From Myxococcota bacterium (GTDB taxonomy: Bacteria > Myxococcota_A > UBA9160 > PR03), in NCBI GenBank assembly GCA_039794265.1, contig JBDIVR010000014.1, positions 40,879 to 104,878 on the forward strand: DNA of 64,000 nucleotides, given 5' to 3'. A model generated the notes under the pieces. The model saw only the letters and a program-made list of their open reading frames with translations, was not told the origin of the DNA and did no database searches. This document shows positions 9,839 through 18,631 of the stretch, in pieces. Made by a program: the position numbers and the translations under genes. Within the stretch, counting starts at the first letter, position 1. Each line of letters starts with the position of its first letter.

Positions 9839-10702
9839 ATGGCCACGCCCGACACAGCGCGCGAGGGACCGATCCGCACCGACCTCGTCGGCGGCGTCGG
9901 CACGATCGAGATCCACCGGCCGGACCGGTTCAACTCGCTCGACGTGCATGCCGCGCAAGAGCTGCGCCGCGCGGGACTGCGCATGGCGCGGGACCCCGCC
10001 GTCCGCGCGATCGTGCTGCGCGGGAGTCCGGGCGTCTTCTGCAGCGGCGTCGATCTTCGCTACGTGCGCGACGGCGGCAGCGCCGAGGAGCTCGCGTACC
10101 TGGCGCCGCGCGCGGCCGCGGCCCCGGCGGCTGCGAGCCCCGGCGCCATCTTCAAGCAGGTGCTCGAGTACGTGAACGGAACGATCGTCGAGATCCGGCG
10201 CGCCCCGAAGCCGGTCCTCGCCGCCGTCGACGGCGTCGCCGCGGCCGGCGGCCTGGGCCTCGCGCTCTGCTGCGATCTCGTGTTCGCGTCCGAGCGCGCG
10301 GTTTTCGAATGGGCCTACGGGAAGACGGGGCTCTCGGGCGCCGAGAGCATCACGTTCCTGCTACCGCGACTGATCGGCCTGCGCGGCGCGCTCGACGTCG
10401 CCTGGCTCTCGCCGCGCCTCGATGCGCGCGCGGCGCTCGCGCGTGGACTCGTCTCGGACGTGCTCGCCACGGACGGCTTCGACGCCGCCGTCCTCGACGC
10501 CGCGCGCCGGCTCGCCGAGGGGCCGACCGAGTCGTACGCGCGGATGAAGCGGCTGATGAACCGCGCCGCCGGCATGGAAGGTCTCGAGGCGCATCTGTCC
10601 GCAGAGGTCGAGGCGCTGGTCGCGAGCGCGGACTCCCCGGAGTTCGCCGACGGCCTCGAGCGCTTCTTCGCGCGCAAGCGTCCTGCCGGCGGGGAGGAGT
10701 GA
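9839..10702 (+). CDS. Enoyl-CoA hydratase/isomerase (crotonase) family protein inside the hyp operon
   Basis: HRPDRFNSL, FCSGVDL, PKPVLAAVDGVAAAGG. Confidence 0.88.
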   Translation: MATPDTAREGPIRTDLVGGVGTIEIHRPDRFNSLDVHAAQELRRAGLRMARDPAVRAIVLRGSPGVFCSGVDLRYVRDGGSAEELAYLAPRAAAAPAAASPGAIFKQVLEYVNGTIVEIRRAPKPVLAAVDGVAAAGGLGLALCCDLVFASERAVFEWAYGKTGLSGAESITFLLPRLIGLRGALDVAWLSPRLDARAALARGLVSDVLATDGFDAAVLDAARRLAEGPTESYARMKRLMNRAAGMEGLEAHLSAEVEALVASADSPEFADGLERFFARKRPAGGEE

Positions 10703-10707
10703 CGACG

Positions 10708-11049
10708 ATGCACGAGTACTCCGTCGCCTCCTCGCTGCTCGATCTCGTCGAGGAACACGTCCGCGCACACGCCGCGAGCCGCGTGCTCCGTATCCACGTG
10801 CGGATCGGCGAACAGTCCGGCGTCGAGCCCGAGTTGCTGCGCTCGGCGTGGGAGCTCGTCCGCGAAGCGGGTCCAGCAGCGGAGGCCGAACTCGAGCTGC
10901 ACGCCGTTCCGGTGCGCTGGGAATGCCGCGCCTGCGAGAAGACGCTCGTGCCGACGATCACGCTGCGTTGCCAGGACTGTGGGGGCGCCGCGCATCTCGC
11001 CGCGGGCAGCGAGCTGTTCCTCGATCGCATCGAGCTGGAGGTCGCTTGA
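10708..11049 (+). CDS. hypA: Nickel metallochaperone HypA
   Basis: MHEYS start and two CxxC motifs. Confidence 0.96.
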   Translation: MHEYSVASSLLDLVEEHVRAHAASRVLRIHVRIGEQSGVEPELLRSAWELVREAGPAAEAELELHAVPVRWECRACEKTLVPTITLRCQDCGGAAHLAAGSELFLDRIELEVA

Positions 11050-11050
11050 C

Positions 11051-11779
11051 ATGTGTGACGTCTGTGGCTGCGGAGATCCGGAGGTCGTGTCCGTCGACGT
11101 CCACGAACGCATCCTCTCGCAGAACGACCGGACCGCGGCGCACAACCGCACGCACTTCGAGACGCGAGGCACGTTCGCCGTCAACCTGATGGGATCGCCG
11201 GGATCCGGCAAGACCGCGCTGCTCGAGGCGACGCGGCGCGCAGCGCCGGACCTGCACCTCGGCGCCGTCAGCGGCGACCTCGCGACCGAACACGACGCCA
11301 CGCGCCTGCAGGCCGCCGGAATCCCGAGCTGGACGATCACCACCGGCACCGCGTGCCATCTCGACGCCGGCATGGTGCACCACGTGCTGCACGGACTCCC
11401 CGAGCGTCCTTTCGACGTCTTCTTCATCGAGAACGTCGGCAACCTCGTGTGCCCGGCGATCTACGACCTCGGACAGGCGCGCAACGTCGTCGCGCTGTCG
11501 ACGACCGAGGGCATCGACAAACCGCTCAAGTATCCGGTGATGTTCCGCGCCGCGGACCTCGTGCTGCTGACGAAATCCGACCTGCTGCCGCACCTGCCGG
11601 AGATCGATCCCGAGCGGATCCGCGAGGCGCTCGCGCGCGTCGTCCCGGACCCGCGCCTGCTGATCGTGTCGGCGCGGACCGGTGAGGGGCTGGACGCGTG
11701 GATCGCGTGGCTGCGCGGGGAACGCGCGAAGCTCCCAGAGCCGGCGGGCCCGCTCGCCCGGCGCGCTGCAGGCGCGTAG
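11051..11779 (+). CDS. hypB: Nickel-insertion GTPase HypB
   Basis: MCDVCGC, GSPGSGKT, CHLDA, ENVGNLVCP, TKSD. Confidence 0.97.
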   Translation: MCDVCGCGDPEVVSVDVHERILSQNDRTAAHNRTHFETRGTFAVNLMGSPGSGKTALLEATRRAAPDLHLGAVSGDLATEHDATRLQAAGIPSWTITTGTACHLDAGMVHHVLHGLPERPFDVFFIENVGNLVCPAIYDLGQARNVVALSTTEGIDKPLKYPVMFRAADLVLLTKSDLLPHLPEIDPERIREALARVVPDPRLLIVSARTGEGLDAWIAWLRGERAKLPEPAGPLARRAAGA

Positions 11780-11788
11780 ACTCGGGCC

Positions 11789-12523
11789 ATGGAGCAACAA
11801 GCCGCCCTCGTGATCGGCGTCGGCGCCGAGCCCGGACTCGGCGCTTCCCTGTCCCGTCGCTTCGCCCGAGAAGGTCTGCACGTCTTCGCCTCGGGTCGCA
11901 CGAAGGACCGCGTCGAGGCCCTGGCCGCATCGATCCGGGCCGACGGCGGGCGCGCGACCGGCCTCGCCGCCGATGCGACGAAGGCCGACGACGTCGCCGT
12001 CCTCTTCGATCTCGTCCAGGGCGAGACCGGAGCGCCGCCGTCGCTCGTCGTCTTCAACGTCGGCAACGCCGTGATCAAGCCCTTCCTCGAGCTGGACGCC
12101 GACGCGTTCGAGCAGGCGTTCCGGACCTCGTGCCTCGCCGGCTTCCACGTCGGCCAGCAGGCAGCGCGGCGCATGGTTCCGGCAGGCGGTGGCACGCTGC
12201 TGTTCACCGGCGCCACCGCCTCGATCCGGGCGCGGCCGCCGTTCACCGCGTTCGCCGCCGCCAAGCATGCCCTGCGTGCGCTCGCCCACGGCCTCGCGCG
12301 CGAGTTCGGCCCGCAAGGCCTCCACGTCGCGCACGTCCTCGTCGACGGAGTCATCGCCGGCGACCAGGTCCTCTCGCGCATGCCCGCCCTCGCCGACAAG
12401 CTCGGCCCCGACGGCATGCTCGACCCCGACGCCATCGCCGACGCCTACTGGCACCTCCACATCCAACCCCGCTCCGCCTGGACCCTCGAACTCGACCTGC
12501 GCCCCTCCCGCGAAACCTTCTGA
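11789..12523 (+). CDS. Short-chain dehydrogenase/reductase (atypical SDR)
   Basis: Rossmann motif GVGAEPGLG, TGATAS, FAAAKHALR. Confidence 0.88.
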   Translation: MEQQAALVIGVGAEPGLGASLSRRFAREGLHVFASGRTKDRVEALAASIRADGGRATGLAADATKADDVAVLFDLVQGETGAPPSLVVFNVGNAVIKPFLELDADAFEQAFRTSCLAGFHVGQQAARRMVPAGGGTLLFTGATASIRARPPFTAFAAAKHALRALAHGLAREFGPQGLHVAHVLVDGVIAGDQVLSRMPALADKLGPDGMLDPDAIADAYWHLHIQPRSAWTLELDLRPSRETF

Positions 12524-12547
12524 CGAGAGAGCGGGGACGGAGAGAGC

Positions 12548-13576
12548 GGGGACGTTCCTTTCAAGATTTCATTGCGGTGTCCGATCGTTCTCGCCGCGCA
12601 GCTGGACGAGATCTCCGTGTCGCGCTAACACGGCGACTCTCGCCCCGGTCCCACGGAACGACGCATGCCCCGAGGACCGCGCATCGACGCGCCGGGCGTC
12701 GCGCATCATGTGATGATCCGCGGCATCGAGCGGCGGACGATCTTCCATGACACAGAAGACTACGAGTCCTTCCTGTCGCGGCTCGACGTCCTCGTTCCGG
12801 AGCTCGGATTCCGTTGCTTCGCGTGGGCACTGATGCCGAACCACGTCCACCTGGCGCTGCAGACCGGGCCCGTCCCATTGCCACGGTTGATGGCACGGCT
12901 CGGCACCGCCTACGCCCTCAGGTTCAACCACCGCCACCAGCGCGTCGGCCATCTCTTCCAGAATCGCTACCGATCGCGACTCGTGAACGACGACCGCGAC
13001 CTCCTCGGTCTGGTCCTCTATATCCACCGCAATCCCCTGCGCGCAGGCCTCGTCGATGGACCGGACTCGCTGCGCCACTTCCCGTGGTGCGGTCATGGAG
13101 CGCTGAGCGGGGACCGTCCACCGCGCTCGTTCGAGGAGCCGCGCATGACACTCCGGCTCCTCGCGGATGACCCGGTGGACGCGCGGAGACAGCTATCGAT
13201 CTGGATGCAGACCCCTGTCGATTCCGACCCGCTCGACGGACTTCGACTCGAGGACCCGAGTCCGCGCCGGGAACTCCCCGCGCCGTCGCAGAGTTCCATC
13301 GCGTCGATGGAGGAGCTCATCGGCGCGGTCTGTGCGGCCCACGGCCTCCCGCGCAGCGCCCTCGGTCCGGGGCTTCGCGGACCGCGCGTCGTCGCCGTGC
13401 GCGCTGAAGTGGCGCGCCGTGCCACGCGCGAGCTTGGCGTCACCGGGCACGCCGTCGCCCGCGCCCTGGGCGTCTCGGAAGCCACCGTGAGCCGTGCGCT
13501 CAACGGAAGCTCGGGTTTCCTCGGACGCCCGTGAACCCTCGCCGGTCCGTGTTGAAAGCTCGCAAGGAACGTCCCC
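12548..13576 (+). mobile_element. RAYT/IS200-like element bounded by 24-bp imperfect inverted repeats
   Basis: GGGGACGTTCCTTTCAAGATTTCA (12548-12571) and TGAAAGCTCGCAAGGAACGTCCCC (13553-13576) are 21/24 complementary and bracket the transposase. Confidence 0.65.
12665..13534 (+). CDS. REP-associated tyrosine (Y1/HUH) transposase with C-terminal HTH
   Basis: HHVMIRG, LMPNHVHL (HUH), GHLFQNRYRS, YIHRNP, and a C-terminal VARALGVSEATVSR helix-turn-helix. Confidence 0.88.
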   Translation: MPRGPRIDAPGVAHHVMIRGIERRTIFHDTEDYESFLSRLDVLVPELGFRCFAWALMPNHVHLALQTGPVPLPRLMARLGTAYALRFNHRHQRVGHLFQNRYRSRLVNDDRDLLGLVLYIHRNPLRAGLVDGPDSLRHFPWCGHGALSGDRPPRSFEEPRMTLRLLADDPVDARRQLSIWMQTPVDSDPLDGLRLEDPSPRRELPAPSQSSIASMEELIGAVCAAHGLPRSALGPGLRGPRVVAVRAEVARRATRELGVTGHAVARALGVSEATVSRALNGSSGFLGRP

Positions 13577-13577
13577 G

Positions 13578-14882
13578 TCAGACGGCTGCGACGCTGGCGG
13601 TGACGATTTGGAGGAGCTCGTCGAGGTCGTCGTCGGGGATGACGAGGGGCGGGGCGACGTAGACGACGTTGCCGAGCGGGCGGAGGTAGGCGCCGCGCCG
13701 GCGGGCCTCCTCGAAGACGCGCCATCCGGCCTGCGCGAGGTAGCCGGCGTCTCCGGCGAGGTCGAGGGCGCCGATCATGCCGATCGCGCGCGTACGGGCG
13801 ACGCCCGGAAGCGCGCCAAGTGCGGCGAAGCAGCGGGCGATCCGGTCGGCCTTGGCGGCGACGGCTTCGAGCACCTTCTCGTCCTCGAAGATGCGAAGCA
13901 CTTCGAGCGCGACCGCTGCGCCGAGCGGGTTGCCGCAGAACGAGTGACCGTAGTAGAAGGCCCGCTCGGGACCGCCGAGGAAGCCGTCGAAGACACGCTT
14001 CGTCGCGAGGGTGGCCGCCATCGGCAGCATGCCACCCGAAAATCCCTTGGCCGTGCACAGGAGATCGGGCGACACGCCGGCGTGCTGGCACGCCCACATC
14101 CGGCCGGTGCGGCCGTAGCCGGTGAAGACCTCGTCGGCCACCAGGAACACGTCGTGCCGATCGCAGAGGTCACGAGCGACACGAAGATAGGTCGGATCGT
14201 AGATCCGCATGCCCGCGGCGCCCTGCACGATCGGCTCGAGGACGACCGCGGCGACGCGATCGGACTCCTTCGCCAGCAGGCCCTCGAGCGCCTCGATGGC
14301 GCGCGCGAGCGGCACCTCCGGATCGCCCGGGGACGGGACGTGGAACACCTGCGCCAGCGAGCCGGCGAACGGCCGCCGGAACACTTCGACACCGCTCACG
14401 GCGGTGCAGCCCAGCGTCTCGCCGTGGAAGCCGCCTTCGAGCGCGACGAAGGCGCGCCGTTCGGGACGCCCGTTCTGGCTCCAGTACTGGAGCGCGAGTT
14501 TCAGAGCCACCTCGACGGCCGTCGAGCCGTCATCGCTGTAGAAGACGTGTTCGAGTCCCGCAGGAGCGACCGCGCAGAGAGCCTCCGCCAGCTCCGCCGC
14601 CGGCGCATGCGTGACACCGGCCAGCGACACATGGGGGAAGCGGCGAGCCTGCTGTTCGAGAGCCGCTACCAACCGAGGATGTCCGTGGCCGAGCGCCGCC
14701 ACCCACCACGACGAGTTGGCGTCGAGATACGAGCGCCCGTCGGCGTCGTAGAGGCGAGCGCCCTCGGCCCGCACGACGACCAGCGGGGCGACCCGCTGCG
14801 CGTAGTCGTCCATCGCGGTGTACGGGTGCCACACCCGCCGCTTGTCGAGGGCGACGATGCGATCCCGGTCGGGAAAGCTCAC
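13578..14882 (-). CDS. bioA: Adenosylmethionine-8-amino-7-oxononanoate transaminase
   Basis: WHPYT, SSWWV, DDGSTAVEVALK, GFHGET, DEVFTGYGRTG, YYGHSF, LRPLGN. Confidence 0.92.
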   Translation of the reverse strand: MSFPDRDRIVALDKRRVWHPYTAMDDYAQRVAPLVVVRAEGARLYDADGRSYLDANSSWWVAALGHGHPRLVAALEQQARRFPHVSLAGVTHAPAAELAEALCAVAPAGLEHVFYSDDGSTAVEVALKLALQYWSQNGRPERRAFVALEGGFHGETLGCTAVSGVEVFRRPFAGSLAQVFHVPSPGDPEVPLARAIEALEGLLAKESDRVAAVVLEPIVQGAAGMRIYDPTYLRVARDLCDRHDVFLVADEVFTGYGRTGRMWACQHAGVSPDLLCTAKGFSGGMLPMAATLATKRVFDGFLGGPERAFYYGHSFCGNPLGAAVALEVLRIFEDEKVLEAVAAKADRIARCFAALGALPGVARTRAIGMIGALDLAGDAGYLAQAGWRVFEEARRRGAYLRPLGNVVYVAPPLVIPDDDLDELLQIVTASVAAV

Positions 14883-14907
14883 ACGGACTCCCGCGACGTC
14901 GGCCGTG

Positions 14908-15945
14908 TCAGAGCGCGAGTTCCGCCAGCACGCGCAACGCCTCGGGCTGTCCCGAACCGACGAGCAGCGTCCGGACCGGCGACGCCTTCCACGCCTCGAG
15001 CCGATCGCGGATGCGCTCCTTCGGGCCGAGCAGCGCGATCGCGTCGACCAGCTCGTTCGGGACCTCGGCCATCGCCTCGGCCTTCTTCCCGGCGAGGTAG
15101 AGGTCCTGGATCTTGACGGCGGCCTCCTCGTAGCCGAGCCGCTTGGCGTAGTCGTTGTAGAAGTTCTTGCCGCGAGCGCCCATGCCGCCGATGTACAGCG
15201 CCAGCATGCCCTTCACCGGCATCCGACACTTCTCGACGTCATCCCCCAGGATGCAGGTCACGAACGGCGCCACGTCGAAGTTCGCCATCGACTTGCCGCC
15301 GCCGGCCTTCTGGAATCCCTCGTTCAGGTTCGGCTCGAGCAGGTCCCAGCGCTCGGGATCCATCCACACCGGGATCAGGCCGTCGGCCACCTCCGCGCTG
15401 CACGTGATCCCCGCCGGTCCGATCGACGCGGTGTAGATCGGCAGGTCCTTGCGGCCGTGCAGGATGCTCTTCAGCGGCTTGCCGAGCCCCGTCGCACCCG
15501 GGCCGTGATACGGGATCTCGTAGTGCTCTCCCTTGAACTCGAGACCTTCCTCGCGGGCGAGGATCTTCCGGATGATCTGGATGTACTCGCGGGTGCGGGT
15601 CAGCGGCTTGCCATACGCCACACCGTGCCAGCCCTCGACCACCTGGGGACCCGACGGCCCGAGCCCGAGGATGAAGCGGCCGCCGGACATCGCATCGAGT
15701 GTCATCGCAGTCATCGCGGTCATCGCGGGCGTCCGCGCGGGCATCTGCATGATCGCCGTCCCGAGCTGGATCTTCGTCGTGAACGCCGCGATGTACGCAA
15801 GCGGAGAGACGGCATCGGAGCCGTAGGCCTCGGCGCTCCACACCGAGTAGAAGCCGAGACGTTCGGCCTCGAGGATCAGCTCGCGGTTGATCTGCATCTG
15901 CGCGCCGGAGTAGCCGGCAGTGATACCGAGGCGGAGGGACGACAT
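14908..15945 (-). CDS. LLM-class (probably F420-dependent) oxidoreductase
   Basis: [30 protein letters not shown]. Confidence 0.9.
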   Translation of the reverse strand: MSSLRLGITAGYSGAQMQINRELILEAERLGFYSVWSAEAYGSDAVSPLAYIAAFTTKIQLGTAIMQMPARTPAMTAMTAMTLDAMSGGRFILGLGPSGPQVVEGWHGVAYGKPLTRTREYIQIIRKILAREEGLEFKGEHYEIPYHGPGATGLGKPLKSILHGRKDLPIYTASIGPAGITCSAEVADGLIPVWMDPERWDLLEPNLNEGFQKAGGGKSMANFDVAPFVTCILGDDVEKCRMPVKGMLALYIGGMGARGKNFYNDYAKRLGYEEAAVKIQDLYLAGKKAEAMAEVPNELVDAIALLGPKERIRDRLEAWKASPVRTLLVGSGQPEALRVLAELAL

Positions 15946-16029
15946 CGCGGAACTCCTTCGCAAGGTCCAGGGAATCGGCGGATCATAGCCTGGAGAGCGC
16001 GCGCTGACCCCCGGTGCAGGATCCCGGCG

Positions 16030-18585
16030 TCAGGCCGCCGGCGACGCCACGTCGACGCCGGCGACCGGCAGCTCGATGACGAAGCGCGTCCCCGCGCCTG
16101 CCTCCGACTCCACCCAGATGCGCCCGCCGTGGCGCTCGATGATCCCGTGTGACAACGACAGCCCGAGACCCGTGCCCTTCCCGACGGGCTTCGTCGTGAA
16201 GAACGGCTCGAACACGCGGTCGCGCAGCTCGGGCGGGATCCCGGGGCCCTCGTCCTCGAACTCGAGCCGGACGCGCGTCTCGTCGAGCGCGCGCGTCCGC
16301 ACGCGGATCCGGCCCTTGTCTCCGACGGCGTCGCAGGCGTTGATCAACAGATTCATGAAGACCTGATTGAGCTGCCCCGCGTGGCAGCGCACCCGTGGCA
16401 TCTCTCCGAAGTCGCGCTGCACCTCGATGCCGCACTTCGCCCTCGGCTCCATCAGCGACAGCGTTCGCTCGATCTCCTCGTTGAGATCCGCCTCCTGCAG
16501 CTCCGCCTGATCCATTCTCGAGAAGGTCCGCAGGTCGGCCACGATCTGCTTGACACGCTGGGTCCCCTCCCGGCTCCGGCTCAGCAGCTTGGCGATCGCT
16601 TCGCGAACGCGCGAGATGTCGCCGCCGTTCTCCTGGAGCGCCAGCAGCTTGGCCACGTACTCCTCGAGCAACTTGAGGTTGGCGTGGACGAAGCCGATCG
16701 GATTGTTGAGCTCGTGCGCCACGCCCGCGACGAGCTGGCCGAGCGTGCGCATCTTTTCGCTCTGCACCAGCAGCGCCTGCGTGTCGCGAAGCTCCTGCGT
16801 GCGCTCCTCCACGCGCGCCTCGAGCGTCTCGTTGAGCTTGGCGATCTCGTCGAACGCCCGCGCGTTCTCGATCGCGATCGAGCTCTGGTTGGCGAGCGTC
16901 AGCAACAGCTGCCGGTCGTCAGGGCTGAAGCGCTCCCCGGAGCCCTTGCGACCGACCGCGATCACACCGAGCAGGTCCACCCCGAAGAGAATCGGCACCA
17001 GCAGCGCCAGATCGAGCTGGTCGAAGAGCTCGAGACACGGCGCGCGCATCAGCGGATCCGACTCCTCCTCGACGTCCTCCCGCGACACCTCCTCGCGACG
17101 CATCCACAGATACTTGCAAACGGGATGATCCATCGAGAGCGAGAACTCGCCGGTCGCGACGGGCCAGACGCCTCCCGTCGCTTCCGCTCGCAACGTGCGG
17201 TCGTCGTCGGCGAGCAACAAGACCATCGATCGCTCGACCGCCATCGCCTCGCTGAGTGCACGGACGATCCGCTCGACGATCTCCTTGATCGACAGCATCG
17301 AAACCATCGCTTCGGAGATCTCGCGGACCGTTTGTCGGTAGCGCCCTTGATTCCGATCGAAGACGCGGTCCACGACGCTCTGGACGCGATTACGCAGCGG
17401 ATTGAACGCCAGGATCGCGATGAACAGGAACAGCATCGTGAAGCGCGGCGAGCGAGCGTCGACGTGGAACTTGACCAGCGCGGCATCCGCCAGGGCGATC
17501 ACGAACGCATAGACGCCGGTGATGGCGATCGTGGACGCCCCGTAGGCGACCGAGGAGCGCGCCAGATGCCGGATGTCGAAGAGCTGCCGGCGGATGATTC
17601 CGTACGCAACGGAGATCGGGAAGACCACGAACCAGAGCAATGCCAGATAGACCGGAAAGCCGGTCTGCAGGTAGCTATCGACCAGGAGCAATAGGACGAC
17701 CGGAACGAACGAGACCAGCGCGCCCAACAGCATGGCATCGGCGCGATCTGCGTTCCCGGTCCCCCGGCGACGTTTGCGCTCGATGGCCAGCACGGCGCAG
17801 CAGAACAGCGCCATCGACGTGACGAAGTAGAAGCCCATGGCCTGCATCGTGAAGTCCGGGAGGGTCGACCATCCTTCCGTCCAGACGAGCGGCAGTGCGA
17901 GCGCTGCCAACACCCAGGGAACCTGCCGCATCCAGCGGCGTCGCTCGATCCAGCTCGGCTCGAACGGATAGCTCGTGAAGAGCTGGAAGGTCGCGGCACC
18001 GAGCAGGCCGAAGTTCGCGGCGTTGCGCTCGTAGCCGAGCGTCTGTCGATAGGTGTCGAATGCCACGAACAGCTGTGCAGCCACGGCTGCGCAGAAGATC
18101 GCGAAGGCCCAGGACTCCGGACGATCGCGCCGCAGCAGCCACACCAGCAGACCGAGGCACAGGTAGGTCAGCCCCACGGCCAAACCCGCGAGGTAGAGCG
18201 GAATCAGCGTGAAGGCACCCGCCGGCCCTGCCACGGGTTGGAGCGTGGCCTCGTAGGAGGCGCCGGTTCGACGCTCGAAGGCGTAGCGATTGGTCTGCCC
18301 CTCAGCGAGCGTCCGCCAATGTCCGTCGCGACCCCAACGCAGATACGGAATGCCGTCGATCGCCCGCAGGCGATCACCCGCACGGACGCCGGCCTCACGC
18401 GCCTCATCGGTCGTCCAGGTGATCGTCACCTGACCGGCGGAGTTCCCCGTGTGGAACGGAATCGTGTAGCCGGTACCGAAGACGGTCGCGCGAAGGAAGG
18501 CGAAGAGCGCGAAGAGCGCCCAGGCCATGGCCAGCCACAACGTGACGCGCCGGAAACGCAGACCAGGCATGGGGAGACCCGTCAT
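16030..18585 (-). CDS. Membrane sensor histidine kinase (PDZ-like, multi-TM, GAF, HisKA, HATPase)
   Basis: AHELNNPIG H-box, NQVFMNLLINACDA N-box, FFTTKPVGKGTGLGL. The start could also be 18570. Confidence 0.92.
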   Translation of the reverse strand: MTGLPMPGLRFRRVTLWLAMAWALFALFAFLRATVFGTGYTIPFHTGNSAGQVTITWTTDEAREAGVRAGDRLRAIDGIPYLRWGRDGHWRTLAEGQTNRYAFERRTGASYEATLQPVAGPAGAFTLIPLYLAGLAVGLTYLCLGLLVWLLRRDRPESWAFAIFCAAVAAQLFVAFDTYRQTLGYERNAANFGLLGAATFQLFTSYPFEPSWIERRRWMRQVPWVLAALALPLVWTEGWSTLPDFTMQAMGFYFVTSMALFCCAVLAIERKRRRGTGNADRADAMLLGALVSFVPVVLLLLVDSYLQTGFPVYLALLWFVVFPISVAYGIIRRQLFDIRHLARSSVAYGASTIAITGVYAFVIALADAALVKFHVDARSPRFTMLFLFIAILAFNPLRNRVQSVVDRVFDRNQGRYRQTVREISEAMVSMLSIKEIVERIVRALSEAMAVERSMVLLLADDDRTLRAEATGGVWPVATGEFSLSMDHPVCKYLWMRREEVSREDVEEESDPLMRAPCLELFDQLDLALLVPILFGVDLLGVIAVGRKGSGERFSPDDRQLLLTLANQSSIAIENARAFDEIAKLNETLEARVEERTQELRDTQALLVQSEKMRTLGQLVAGVAHELNNPIGFVHANLKLLEEYVAKLLALQENGGDISRVREAIAKLLSRSREGTQRVKQIVADLRTFSRMDQAELQEADLNEEIERTLSLMEPRAKCGIEVQRDFGEMPRVRCHAGQLNQVFMNLLINACDAVGDKGRIRVRTRALDETRVRLEFEDEGPGIPPELRDRVFEPFFTTKPVGKGTGLGLSLSHGIIERHGGRIWVESEAGAGTRFVIELPVAGVDVASPAA

Positions 18586-18631
18586 CGTTCCGCTCCGTGC
18601 CCGCCAGGGGTTTCGCCGCTCGACCGCTCCG

